Shown: positions 1 through 11,700 of the stretch, piece after piece
Numbering within the stretch: position 1 is the first letter of the stretch
Layout: each line of letters starts with the position of its first letter
NCBI GenBank assembly: GCA_049999805.1
Contig: JBNGIO010006246.1
Location: 46,736 to 82,811, forward strand
DNA: 36,076 bases
Direction: 5' to 3'
From: Folioceros fuciformis
Taxonomy: Eukaryota
Notes under the pieces: model-generated
Seen by the model: the letters and a program-made list of their open reading frames with translations, nothing else
What the model was told of the DNA's origin: nothing
The model's database searches: none
Translations under genes and position numbers: made by a program

Positions 1-560
1 ATCTATGCATCTAATGTTGCCTCAGAAAGAAATACAAATAATGGAGCAAGTTAGGGGAGCACTTACATGACCAAGTGCCATAGATGTTGGTAGGGGACTT
101 CAATTTTGTAGAAAGGAAGGAAGATATTCGAGGGGCAAGCTCAATGGATACCTAGGTTGTGCCCTCATCATGGTAAGAGTTGAGGCATACCACCTTGAAT
201 GTGAAGGATCCTTGGCTTGCCCTCTCAAGGCATTGGCGATTATAATCCCTTCTACACAGTTGGTCCAACTAGCAACAAGCATCTTTTGGAGCTAGAAGAC
301 TTGATAGATTTTATATCCCTATTGGTTGGTTAACTTTTGTGCTCTCATATAGTATTTGGTGAGCATAGTCTTATCTGATCATCATCCGATAAACCTCCAC
401 CTTAACCTATCCCATGGTTCAGGTAGGCACTAGTGCAATAGGTAGGTCTTTCAAATGAAAAATTCTCTTGTGGCACGAGAAGCTGGCAAGGAGTGAAGCA
501 GGGGGGATAAACCAGCAGTGTAAAGGCTAATTTGTGCAAACAATGAAGCCACTAGATTTT
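1..560 (+). mobile_element. Degenerate LINE (non-LTR retrotransposon) ORF2 APE-endonuclease remnant, truncated by the window start
   Basis: APE motifs appear in the correct order: IYASN (1-15), LVGDFN (GDFN 93-104), RRLDRFY (294-314), LSDHHPI (371-391). Stops and frameshifts lie between them. The right boundary is approximate. Confidence 0.8.
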
Positions 561-754
561 AAAGGAGGTTATTGGGAGGTAAGTAAAAGAAGGAGTAGTA
601 TTAGGGTGTGGAGTCCACATGGTAAATGGATCCCCTGGAAAAATGGTATTGTTTGTTTTTTCGGAGTTTTGGTTGAATTCTATGAAGAAGTAATTAAGAA
701 ATTAGGCTAGGTAGGTTGATCAGGAGCTAGGTAGTGGATGTGGGCGAAAGGTGA

Positions 755-1627
755 ATGGCTAGGTTGTTCCTTGGGTCGCATGTGCGTAGAACCCTAGGGC
801 TGTGTGTGTAAAGGCGAGACGGGGTTTTCCTTGGAGCGTGTGGGTGGCCCATTCTTAGGTACTGGATGCAGGATTTCGAGATGCCAGGCAGCTGGGGCTG
901 GGAATGAGGAGTCTCAGCGATCCCCATGCTTTGTTACGAGTCTGCTTGTTAGAGGGGCTTCAAGGCTGGCCCATGCAAGGTGTCTTGTGGTAGTCTCGAA
1001 GCGGGGCGGAGGAGTAGGAGGAGGCTCGTTACTCCGATGCTGTCGTAGCAATTTCTTGCAGGCTTTTCCATTCAGGATATTGGGCTGGTGGGTAGTTGTG
1101 GATGTGGGGAAGAGGGGATAACGGATGATTAGGGCTAGGCTCCAAGGTGTCCTTCTATATGCCACTTGGAATCCTCAATTGGACGGGGTGAAGAGCTTGG
1201 CACTGGTAGGGTTGCACTCGGTAGCATTGCTGGAGAATGGATTTGTCTACACATGGGGTCGAGATGAGGGGGAAGGCAGACTAGGCCTAGGCTTCGAGTT
1301 GTTTGACGATTGTGTGGCAAGACCCACAAGGGTGGAATCACGGCCTGTACCGGTTTGTGCTGTGGCTTGCGGGAGCTTCTTCACCATGGCTCTAGCCAAG
1401 GAAGGACAAGTTTGGTCTTGGGGAGGAAATAGCAACTATGAGCTTTGGGCTGGCAAGGAGGAGTCCCTGGGCTTCCCGACATCCAAGCTGAGCCAGTGGG
1501 GTTCAGTCTGCGAAACAGTAGGCAGAGGAGCGAGGGCATTCATTGCAATGCCATCGCTGTGGCCGCAGGTGCAAACCATGGGGTGTGCCTTGGTCTAGGC
1601 CCCATTGTGAAACATGCATCTGAGTGA
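755..1627 (+). pseudogene. RCC1/UVR8-family pseudogene (At5g48330/RUG2-like) with frameshifts, stops and internal deletions
   Basis: Collinear blocks across three frames: RQLGLG/NEESQRSP; ISCRLFHSG..LWMWGRGDNG*LGLG; LALVGLHSVAL; YTWGRDEGEGRLGLG..VACGSFFTMALAKEGQVWSWGGNSNYEL; GVPGLPDIQAEPV..VAAGANHGVCL. An Arg-rich, transit-peptide-like start begins at ATG 755. Confidence 0.8.
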
Positions 1628-1724
1628 AGAATTTGGGAGCGCACCTGCTGCACGACGACAGTTTTGCCCATTCGAGCAGAGAGGAGGCTGGCTGGATCCG
1701 GTGATAGCTGGCTGGTCGCGGCTA

Positions 1725-2110
1725 GCAAGCAAGCAAGCTGGCTGGTCGGCAGCAGGTTGGCATATGGGCGGCAACATATCTAGGCCGACATACCGGTGAG
1801 CCAGGCTGGGCTGGCAAGGCAAGCAAGTTGGCTGGTCGGCAGTAGGCTGGCAGATGGGTGACGGCGTATCCAGGCCGACAAACCGGTGAGCCAAGCCGAG
1901 CTGGCAAGGCAAGCAAGCTGGCTGGTCGGCAGCAGGCTGGCAGATGGGCGGCGGCGTATCCAGGCCGACAGACCGGTGAGCCAGGCCAGGCTGAGCTGGC
2001 GAGGCAAGCAAGGTGGGTGGTCGGCAACAGGCTGGCAGATGGGTGGCAGCGTATCCAGGCCGACAAATCGGTGAGCCAGGCCAGGCCGGGCTGGCAAGGC
2101 AAGCAGGGGA
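1725..2110. repeat. GC-rich tandem repeat, ~4 units of 90-95 bp, decaying into GGCAG-rich sequence to ~2510
   Basis: AAGCAAG(C/T/G)TGG(C/G)TGGTCGGC recurs at 1731, 1821, 1911 and 2006; a partial unit starts at 2101. Confidence 0.9.
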
Positions 2111-2823
2111 CCAGATGGTTGGCAAGGCAGGCAGGAAGACAGCTAGAGAGGCCGCTGGAGTGCTGGCTGGAGCATGGCCAGGCAACCAGGCATGGCTGTC
2201 GGATCCAAAAGGCTGGCAGAATCCAGGCCGTAGGTGGACTGGATCCAGGTAGGCAGCGACGGATCTGGTAGGCGGGTGGCAGACATGCTGGCAGGATTCG
2301 GGAAGGTAGGCAGGCCAGGTCAGATGCAAGCAGTCGGGGCGGATCCAAGTAGACGGCAGCAGGTAGGCGGGCTAGCCGGATCGGCTAGGCGGCTGGCAGG
2401 CAAAAGCGTTGGCATCCAGGCGGTGGAGCATCCAAGTAGCAGGCAGGCAGTTGCGCAGGCCGAGGGCTGGGGACCAGATGGGTTGGCCAGATCAACAAGT
2501 AGGCAGGCGATTGGATTGGGGATGGAATTGCAGGAAGACTCAAGGAAATCCAGGCAACTCTTGTTTGTGTGCTTGTGTTTTTGGTGCAAATTAGTTGCAG
2601 TTGAGATGTACTACGTCCGATGCCTCGGCACTATATGAGCCCATACTGGCGAATGAGGCTGGTGTCGAGGCTAGGTAGTTCCAGGCGGCCTTTCCAGTGT
2701 CTGTTTATGGCCTTGGCCTTAGGGGGCTGGACCGGGTGTGGTTGTAGACAATGAGAGAGGGAGGGCCAGTCTCTAGTTGTGTTGAGGCCGTGGTGTAAGA
2801 GGACATCCTTGTCATCAGGCGAT

Positions 2824-3280
2824 ATGGCTGATGGAGAACCTGCGAAGGGGGTAACAACGGAGGCCAAGTCTCACGACGACGCAGGGTACCCCCGCAGTTT
2901 CAAGGTTGTGAGGACCTCTATAGGCCGTGACTCAGGAGAGGATGAGATGTGAGACTTGAGTGAATTCACAAGTCGGGTACAATAAGGTGCGCACCACTCG
3001 GAACAGGTCCAGGGTGCACGTTGTGGTGACCTCAGTGTGGGGTTACATGTCTATGCTTTAAAGGAGCTTGAGGATGATGAGAAGAAATACTTCGATGTTG
3101 AAGTCCGGAAGATCGAGAGGTTCATTGAGCATCTACGAGTAAGCGCTGGAAATGGAGAATGTTGATGTAAGTTTACAATCAAGTGAGATGAGGGTCCCAT
3201 GAAAGGGAAGGTGCTGTCGGACAGAACTGTAGAAGAGCACCCTCATCTGGTGGCGTTTTTCAAGCTAGTGGTTAATCAAG
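2824..3280 (+). pseudogene. Intronless SAWADEE-domain pseudogene (SHH1/At4g25330-type histone-reader domain)
   Basis: One frame from ATG 2824: EAKSHDDAGY...SEQVQGARCGDLSVGLHVYALKELEDDEKKYFDVEVRKIER..H...GEC*CKFTIK*DEGP...HPHLVAFFK. This follows the SAWADEE pattern, including the C..H..CxC zinc ligands. In-frame stops at 2950, 2983, 3163 and 3184. Confidence 0.72.
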
Positions 3281-4973
3281 GCACCACCATCTTTCCAGAA
3301 AACAAGCATGCGAGCACTGGTGGGAGAAGAAGAGCCTACAATCGCAGGGCTGGCAAAAGTTTGGCGTGACCTGGTGGCAGGGAGTGCTATGTTTGCAGCC
3401 CCTGCTCAACAAGAGCAAGGACAAGAGGCCTTGGGGAATTTATTAGCAGACACAAGGGGATGGAGTGACAGCCGAGCCTCGCACTTTTGCCACTGTTCCC
3501 CAAGCTGGTGGCAAGGCAGGGGCCGTACGGGAAGGCTACCGGGTTCATGCTCATGTTGAGGATAGCACATTTGGGGTCAATATGCGCAGTAAGGGATTTT
3601 GTTGTGACTATGCCCAGCTGAACGAGGATTTGTTGGAGATGCTACTGATGATTTTGTAGGGGGTAACCAGTAATGAGTTTGATGGTTCTGTAGGGAGTAA
3701 CTAGTAATGAGTTTCTAAAGGCAGCTGACAACCCCTCATAGGTTGGAGTTAGGGTTAGGTTCTTGGTGGATGTGAGAAAGAGTTTTGAGCGTGTGATTGA
3801 TACTGGCACTGGTATGTGGTAATGGGGGGCTCTTGGCCAAGATAGTATAAGGGGCCAGCCCTCCCATTTAGGGGGAGGCAGTCTTTGGTGTGATTCCCCT
3901 TGTTTTGCGTGCATGTTCTTGGATTGGGACGGTGGTCTGGTGTGAGTGTGTTGTTTGGGCTTGATCCCTTTGCAACCAAGGGGGACGTGGTGGATTCCTA
4001 GGCTGCCAAGATCTGTGTGGTCAGATTCGCAGTTGCTAATTCTTCTTGCATGTTGGCTGAGTTGCCTTAACGTCCCTAGGTAGGTTTCTAAGGAAAGGGT
4101 TGCCGGGCTATGAACCAAGAATGGCTATCTAGCCCAAGACTTCATATCTCAGCCTTAAGGTTGCAAGGGGGGAGGGCTGCTGTGTTGTAAATTCTAGGGT
4201 TGGAGAGTTGTGTTGCACATTTGAGGGTACTGAAGTGTGGAGTTGGAACTGAGTGTGGAGCCATGAGGCTGGAAAGTGGAGTTGAGATTGGAGATTGACA
4301 TTGGGGTTTCTTTTTCAGTTGCTAAGGTGGCTGTTGCTAGGAATAAAACTACGGAGTTAGGTCTAACTGTTGTAGTTGTTATTACGTTTAGGTAGGGGTT
4401 CATAGGTAGGATTATGTTAGCGTGTTAGGGTAGTTTAGTTGACTGCCTTGGCACGAGATCACTCCCTTGGGAACGGATCTCAGAACTGCAACGAGAAGAA
4501 GGGTTAATGTGGACCCTTTGGTGATTCTTGAGTCTAGAGAATCACTCCACATAGGGTAAACACTTTCAATGGAAGGAGTGGGACTTTTCTGGTGACAAAG
4601 AGAACGGTATTCTGAACTTCAATTTGAGCTGGGCAAGCAAAGTTTGAAGAGGTTAAAGTAAGGGGTTGGTTTAAGCACGCTAAGGTCAAGTGAACAAGGT
4701 CTCCATTAAAGTAGAGATGGCTTTTGGTCTCTAGCCTTGAGGAGAGAAAAGTGATCCATGCTTTTGAAAAATGATGAATTCACATGTTTTGATAAATTAG
4801 TGAGGAAACTAAAACATGCAAATATTATCACTAAAATGAAAAAACATGGTTTGTAGGAAACTAGTATGTCAAAACCTTTTAATTATTCTTTGTAGATGTA
4901 GTAATGTCTTCCAATGGGACGGTTTTGCATATAAACCTCCATAGGAACTTTGGGGTAAAGATTCCTTGGGGAT

Positions 4974-6148
4974 GGATCAATCATGAGATGGGGAATGTTT
5001 TAAAGTGCTATTTTGTGTGCGGATCAATACTGAGATGGGGGACATCTTAGAGCGTTGTTTTACACGTGGATCAATTTTGAGATGAGAGATGTCTTAAAGT
5101 GGTGTTTCCTGTGGGGATCAATCTTGAGATCAGGGATGTCTTAAAGTATTGTTTTGCAGGCAAACCGATACTAAGATGGGGGTTGTCTTCCAGTGCTGTT
5201 TTGTACGTGGATCAATATTGAGATGAGGGTCAATCTTAAAGTGCTATTATGCGAGTGGATCACTACTAAGATGGGGAACATCTTCAAGTTTTGTGTTGTG
5301 TGCGGATCAATTATGAGATGGGGAACATCTTACAATGTTGTTTTGCGTGCAGAACACTATTGAGATGGCGGACATGTTAAAGTGTTGTTTCGCGTGTAGA
5401 TCAATACTGAGATGGGAAACATCTTAGAGTGTTGTTTTGTGTGTGGATCAGTACTAAGATGGGGAGCATCTTAACATGCTGATTTGCACACAGATTGGTA
5501 TCGAGATAGGGGATATCTTAAAGTGCTGTTTAACACTCGGATCAGTACCGAGATGGAGGGCATCTTTAAGTGATGTTTTGTGCTTGGATTAATATGGAGA
5601 TTGGGGATGTCTTTAAGTGTTGTTTGGCATGCAGATCAATACTGAGATATTGAATGTCTTTAAGTGTTGTTTGGCATGCAGATCAATACTAAGATATTGA
5701 ATGTCTTTAAATGTTGTTTTGCATGCATATCAATACTGAGATATTGAATGTCTTTAAGTGTTGTTTTGCATGCAGATCAATACTGAGATATTGAATGTCT
5801 TTAAGTGTTGTTTTGCATGTAGATCAATACTGAGATATTGAATGTCTTTAAGTGTTGTTTTGTGCGTGTGTTAAAACTAAGATGGGGGATGTTTGTAAGT
5901 GTTGTTTTGCATGCGAATTAGTACTGACATATTGGATGTCTGTAAGTGTTGTTTTGCACGTGGATCAATACTAAGATGGATACCATCTTTAAGTGTTGTT
6001 TTGCGCGTGTGTTAAAACTAAGATGGGGGATGTTTGTAAGTGTTGTTTTGCATGCGAATTAGTACTGACATATTGGATGTTTGTAAGTGTTGTTTTGCAC
6101 GTGGATCAATACTAAGATGAAGATCATCTTTAAGTGTTGTTTTGCGCC
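4974..6148. repeat. 47-bp tandem array, ~25 copies, each unit containing an inverted repeat
   Basis: The GATCAATACTGAGATG... unit recurs every ~47 bp (4974, 5021, 5068, 5115 ... 5821 ... 6103). Consensus is about GGATCAATACTGAGATGGGGAACATCTTAAAGTGTTGTTTTGCGTGC. Confidence 0.95.
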
Positions 6149-6194
6149 CGGGATGAAAAACAATGTGGAAGTATGAGGATTTTTTTGCCCCACA

Positions 6195-6356
6195 ACACCT
6201 CGAACGTCCAAGGCATTAGAGTAAAAAAAAAGTCCCACACCCCTTGGGGTTTGGAGCACTAGGCTTAAAAAAATGCCCAAACCTTGGACATTTGAGGCAT
6301 TAGTCTAAAAAAGACACACACCAACCTCGAACATCCAAGGCATTAGGCCCAAAAAT
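6195..6356. repeat. Degenerate ~40-bp repeat, about 4 units
   Basis: ACCTCGAAC(G/A)TCCAAGGCATTAG at ~6197 and ~6324, with two diverged units between; each ends in an A-tract. Confidence 0.6.
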
Positions 6357-6814
6357 ATCTTGGATGTCAGAGATGATCCAAATGTCTTAGGCTCAAAGGT
6401 GCAAAAACCCTAATCGTTTGCAAACTAAGGGTGTAACAAATCTTATGAGTATGAAATATAATTAGATACAATGTTTCAATACTTGCTTGTTGGATTTAAA
6501 ATAACCCTTGAATGCCTTTGCATCTTTTCTAACAGGGTCTTTGTAGTGGACCAATCGACTCTACTTTGAATCCATGCTCACATGTTGTTACTAGTGTACT
6601 ACATTGGGTGAAGTATGACAGTTCATATGACCATACTTTACTTTGTAGAACTTAATTATGTACATATATATGAGACCAGTTCATATGTTAATGTGATGGT
6701 ACTTTGTAGAATATACTAAGCCACCTGATTGATTGACGGTAGCTCATAGGATTCACAAGCTGTCTTGGTTTGTGACGTGTTAGTTAGAGTACAAAGTGCG
6801 CTGGATGATCCGTT

Positions 6815-6931
6815 CTATTGTCCTTCAATGCGCAAACAAAACAGAGCCAACCAATTTGAAGTAGGAACCTCTTGCTCTGTTGTCCTTTATTGTGCAAAGA
6901 AAGCAGAGCCAACCAATTTGAATTAGGGACT
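6815..6931. repeat. ~61-bp direct tandem duplication
   Basis: TTGTCCTT...GCAAA.AAA.CAGAGCCAACCAATTTGAA.TAGG occurs twice. Confidence 0.75.
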
Positions 6932-7525
6932 GACACTTAAATATCACATGTACTATAAACTGATCCGCAAATCAAATTTGCATATGGGTGACCGTGAGAA
7001 TATGCTGCCTTAGACCATACGTCCTGCAGACTTTACTTCCAACAGTACACTGGGTAGGAAGTTGTCAGTAAAGTATGATAAGTGACTTGGTGAGTAGGTG
7101 ATTTAGTGCCTGAAGCCTAAAAGTTAACGAAATAACGAACAAACAAAGAACGTTTAGAGGAGCTTTGCGTAATTGAGGAGGCCAGTTCATAGTGGAAGGA
7201 CGGCGCCTGCCTGGGCTGCGGCAGGTCACGGGCGAGCGAGCACCTCCCGTCTCCCGGCTAAAGCAGCGAGGTCCCTCTCTAGCGGAGGAGGAAGAAGCAG
7301 TCGCGTTCCCCGCATCGACAACCTGGCTAGCGTCAGAGTCGCCCTTGGTATCAGCATGGCCTGGCCTTGCTCTGCTGTGCATGGCATTGCATTTCGCAGC
7401 CCTCGTTTTGCGTCGCGTTTTGCTGTTGCTTCATCGCATCGACATCGTTGCTGATCGATGCCTTGTGTGGCGTCTTCTGGTTTGCGGTTGTTGCAGGGGC
7501 AGGAGGCAGCATCATCGGCCTCGCC

Positions 7526-8533
7526 ATGGCAAGCCCGGCTCCAGGAGCGGAAGAAGCCCCTGCGCCGGCGGCGGAGGGCGAGCAGCCTCCTGCGCGTGGC
7601 GCAAGCGGGAGGTACCGGAGGACCAGCGAGCAGGACCTGGACGTCCCCTTCATGAGCACAAACAAAGCACCGAGCTGCGTGCAGCTGGGATGCACCCACA
7701 CGGGAGCGGAGGGGGCGCTGGTGCACTGCCCGAGCTGCCCCCAGGGGCTCCTGGAGCGGGGAGCTACGTGGACGTGGCGGGAAGTGAAGGCGCAAATGGA
7801 GCTTCCCCGACCACCGAGCACCTGTCTCCCCGTGGAGGACTCCCAGCTCCATATGCGCCTCTTCACCATCCCGCCTCCCTTCAATCGGCTGCACTACCTG
7901 GAGGAGTGCGACAATCGTGACATGGCGCGGTGCGCGCAGCTGCTGCGACTTGTCCAGCTCGGTAAGCACTACCTGAACGGAATCTTCGTGCCCGGGGGGT
8001 CTTCGGGCCACGACCGGGCCGGGCCGCGATCCATCCGCTTCTGCGCCAACTTCGATCACCTGGGGCACGGCAACGCGGCCACCAACTTCCCGGACCCCGG
8101 AGAGGACGCGCTCGGTGACGACTACAGCGTGTACCCGGATTCTTGGATCAAAGGGAATGTGATTGTGGACTACTCTGAGTTCGCACACGAGCTGGAGGAT
8201 GGGAGTGCCTTGGCGCTGGTCACCATTGCTTCCACTCCTGGAAAGATCAATGACCTGGAGCTCGCCACCATGGGAGGTAAGGACGTTGTGTACATGGTGT
8301 CCGCTCTGCGTTTCCATTACCAGCCGCCACCGCCGCGCGCCCAGGCTGTCGGCTGGTTCTATTCCACCGGGAGGCGCTACAACAACCACTTCATGGATCC
8401 CGTCTTCGACGACATCCTCTACTACATGCGGGGCAACCACGACGACGAGTACAACGACTCCCTGCGAGAATCATGGAGAGAGACGCTCTGGTGGCGCGTT
8501 CTTACTCGCTGCAACACCCTCTGCTCTTACTGA
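7526..8533 (+). CDS. Intronless protein of unknown family (~335 aa) with a Cys/His cluster near the N-terminus
   Basis: Long open frame with strongly C/G-ending codons and good start context (GCCATGGC at 7523). An acceptor-like TTGCAG ends at 7496. An Ala/Pro/Glu-rich N-terminus is followed by globular-looking sequence. An upstream coding exon cannot be excluded. Confidence 0.72.
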   Translation: MASPAPGAEEAPAPAAEGEQPPARGASGRYRRTSEQDLDVPFMSTNKAPSCVQLGCTHTGAEGALVHCPSCPQGLLERGATWTWREVKAQMELPRPPSTCLPVEDSQLHMRLFTIPPPFNRLHYLEECDNRDMARCAQLLRLVQLGKHYLNGIFVPGGSSGHDRAGPRSIRFCANFDHLGHGNAATNFPDPGEDALGDDYSVYPDSWIKGNVIVDYSEFAHELEDGSALALVTIASTPGKINDLELATMGGKDVVYMVSALRFHYQPPPPRAQAVGWFYSTGRRYNNHFMDPVFDDILYYMRGNHDDEYNDSLRESWRETLWWRVLTRCNTLCSY

Positions 8534-8743
8534 TGGAGGACTTTGTGTGTTGCTTTAATTTCCATCCTTGTGAAGATGCAATATGCTTACTGCGGCTTTT
8601 ACATAGATAACTATCTACATGCCTTCCACCACTGCTAATGCTGCAGAGGACTAGTTTACATTGTAGAGAGGCCCCGTCTTGTCTACACTGCCGGCATCTT
8701 GTTGGTGTCTGTGTGCGTTTTTTGAGTATTGTGCCCTGTTTGC

Positions 8744-11700
8744 TTACGGCTTCCACAGCTTCATGGTGCTATCACCGCTGTATGTGACCAACAAGTTCCT
8801 ATGAGGATGATGTGTCACTCCGATTACGTCCTTGTCGTGTGCCTGCGCGTTCACATTGTGGAACTTCGTGTTATCATGCTGACGCCAAGTGTCAGCGCAT
8901 AAAATGACTTGCTGGACAAGGTACAGCACTGTAACCATTACTCACCTTCATCAAATGCTCCAGCTTCCCCGACTGGTGACTGAAGCAGTATATCATCCTG
9001 AACGCACAGAGGCCACATGTTTTAGCCAGGGGACGTACACTGGACAAGCAAGTCGGTCACAAGATTTATAACGTGGAACCTGTCTTCCCCGATGGAGTAA
9101 ATCCACTCTCCTTTTGGAGAAACGCATGCGCCAACAAAGTCTCCACCTTCCCGTTTTCCAGATGAGAAACTTTTGACCACCTGGGGAACCGAGGACAAGC
9201 GCCCGTCAGACTAGTGCACCAATACACAACTTCTTGCCTTAGCTCTGTTGCAACCATTTATGGGGGCCTAGGAGGATGGCAATTGAACAGAGGACCTGGC
9301 CTTGCATCGTCATCACGTAGATGGATGAGGCTCGGCTGCAAACTACAATCTGATCCATGTTCTTGGGCATCAGGTGTACTGAGTTGACCGTAGCCTCTCC
9401 ACCCTGTCAAAAGTCAGAGGTCAAGTTGACTCCACTTTCCCAGATTGTGTCACAGCACGAGCTACACAGTGAAGGGGAACATACACGCAATGGAGGAGGT
9501 GGTTTGAACGTTTGTAGACAATCTTGTCCCTTGACATCCCAAACCTGCAGAGCCAAGCACCTACGTGAGATCCACAGACAGCAAGACGCTTGAGGCATCC
9601 ATCTTCGCTCAGTGCTTACCTTTACTGTTCCATCACTGGAAGCTGTAATCACGCGGCTGCCATCGCCATTGAAAATGGCATCATTGACATACGAAGAGTG
9701 TCCTCGGAACTCCTTCAACATTTTCCCCGACTTCAGCCCATGTATCCTGCCATTCATTGTGAAGGATCAGAAGGGGAAAGCCGACACCTGAATATGGTAT
9801 TTGTCATGAACTTCCTGGACACGCACAGGATGTACTTGGGGTCCACATAAGGTATTCTCATGACCGAAACGCACCTTGCCGAACCATCGAATGATGCACT
9901 CAGCACCTGACTGCTGTCCCTTGAGAAGTTCACACTTGTCACGCCTTTCGCATGAGCACGCTCAAACCGCCTTAGGCACTGCCCAGTCCGTATTCGCCAA
10001 ACCTACACAGGTAAACAAAACAGTTGCATGCATGGATAAATAAAACTATGCAAGATGAGGATAACACAACAAACTGAGATATAAGCAGTACTTTTATTTT
10101 GCCATCCTGGGATCCTGAAGCAAGCATCTCAGAATCTCTGCTGAAGTTGACGCAAAGAACTGCATCATCATGCATCATAAAAGCATCCTGTGACAACCGA
10201 CGTCATCTTAATTGTAATCTTCGTTTGCGTATCTGCTGGATAAGACAGCAATTGGAGTTTAAAATCCCAATCAGTAGATACAAACATCAGCTTGATACTG
10301 GAGATCCTTTTTCAGCTTGCCACTGATGTAGTCCCAGACCTAAAAAAAATACGATGAAATTTTTGTCAAAAGACCAGGATGAATAGAAGAAAAAACCAAG
10401 TACACATGGATTGCTGGCAGTAAACGAGACAGACTATTCCCAATGGGCGTGAGTGGATTGGTCGTATCTACACACCTCAATGAAGCCATCCACTGAAGCT
10501 GACACCAAATACTGCCCATCTGGTGAGAACCTAGCACTTTCAGGGTGACTCTGTTTTCCAAACTGCAGGGAATATCAAGAAACAGTAGTCAGCCCGTTGG
10601 GCACAGGGGACCAGAATACATTTGAGCCTTAAATTCACACCCTGCATCCCACAAGTAAAATGCGACATACACAAGAGCATAACCACCTTAATCGTATGAC
10701 CAAGAACAGTAGGGTAAATTTCTTCTTCATCAGCTTTGATTGCCGCTGCCCCTTTAAAAAGATCAAACTGTGTTCCAGGGGGCAGCAGCCCTGGCACAAG
10801 GAATCGCACCGCATAAAAAGACTGGCCACATGCGCTGCCCAAGTAAGACGTGCCAGTCTTGTCACTGCCACAACTGCGAAACATGGACCCGGAAAAGATG
10901 TCACGCAATGCGACCTACCTTGATGTTGTTGCCACTTCAAGGCCTGGCCAATCAATGCCATCAGTCTTGACGGTGGAACGACAGTAACTTCCTGAGAAAG
11001 GGCTGAAAACCACGCATGACAAATCAGTGTATGCATCTTACACACAACTCGCCTTCAATACGTTGGTAGTGTCATGCAAGAAGTACCCTGTTCACAGAAA
11101 ATCAGACAACGCACTGGATGTCATCACCACAGAGAGTGCTCACCGTGGGCTATTTGAGCTCTACGCTTTTCCTTCGAGGAGTCTTGATATGCCTAAGCAA
11201 ACCGCAAGGTCAGTAGGCTTGCACAATCACCGTGTCATTCTTGAAATTCACTTAGGATTATTTTGGACGCGTCGATGAAAAAAACTTCAGGTGAAACCTA
11301 ACCCAAGCAGACTCCACAACCTGAACCCAATACGTCAACAGCAATGGAGGCAGCCTGGGGTTACCTCACGGGGATCGAAGTATGTTCTTGCTAGAAGATG
11401 TTCGAGCCGCAGGTAACGCTCAGGTTGCTCCTGCTTCATAAAGCCCATTGCCTGAGTCTGTCGTAGAATTGCCCTGGCAGTGTCGAGCTCCCGAAGCTCT
11501 ATCATCTCCAGCACAATCTACAAGGCGATTCAAACAAAAGTTTCTCTTCAGACTAGCTTCAAGCAATAATTTGGTCAAAGCACTTCCCATAGCCCATGAC
11601 GAAAACTCCAACCAAGTATAAATCTTCCCGACGATCCGATAAGCTTATCAATCCCATATTACATCCCCAACCTGCTCATATAGATCCTCCAGCTTCTTTC

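Noticed and set aside
1595-2638. Several long overlapping ORFs on both strands
   Set aside because: They arise from the stop-poor GC-rich 90-95 bp repeat; the 95-bp units break frame and no domain is recognisable.
4974-6148. CRISPR-like array of palindromic repeats
   Set aside because: Units are contiguous with no unique spacers, no cas genes are present, and the context is spliceosomal-intron eukaryotic DNA.
4974-6148. Apparent compensatory stem changes implying a selected RNA structure
   Set aside because: Most variants are explained more simply by CG deamination of an ancestral palindrome.
429-6596. CACTA element bounded by CACTAGT (429) and ACTAGTG (6590-6596)
   Set aside because: Only 7 bp of terminal match, no convincing TSD, and the left site lies inside the LINE remnant.
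7226-8440. 404-aa minus-strand ORF
   Set aside because: Antisense shadow of the GC3-rich + strand gene.
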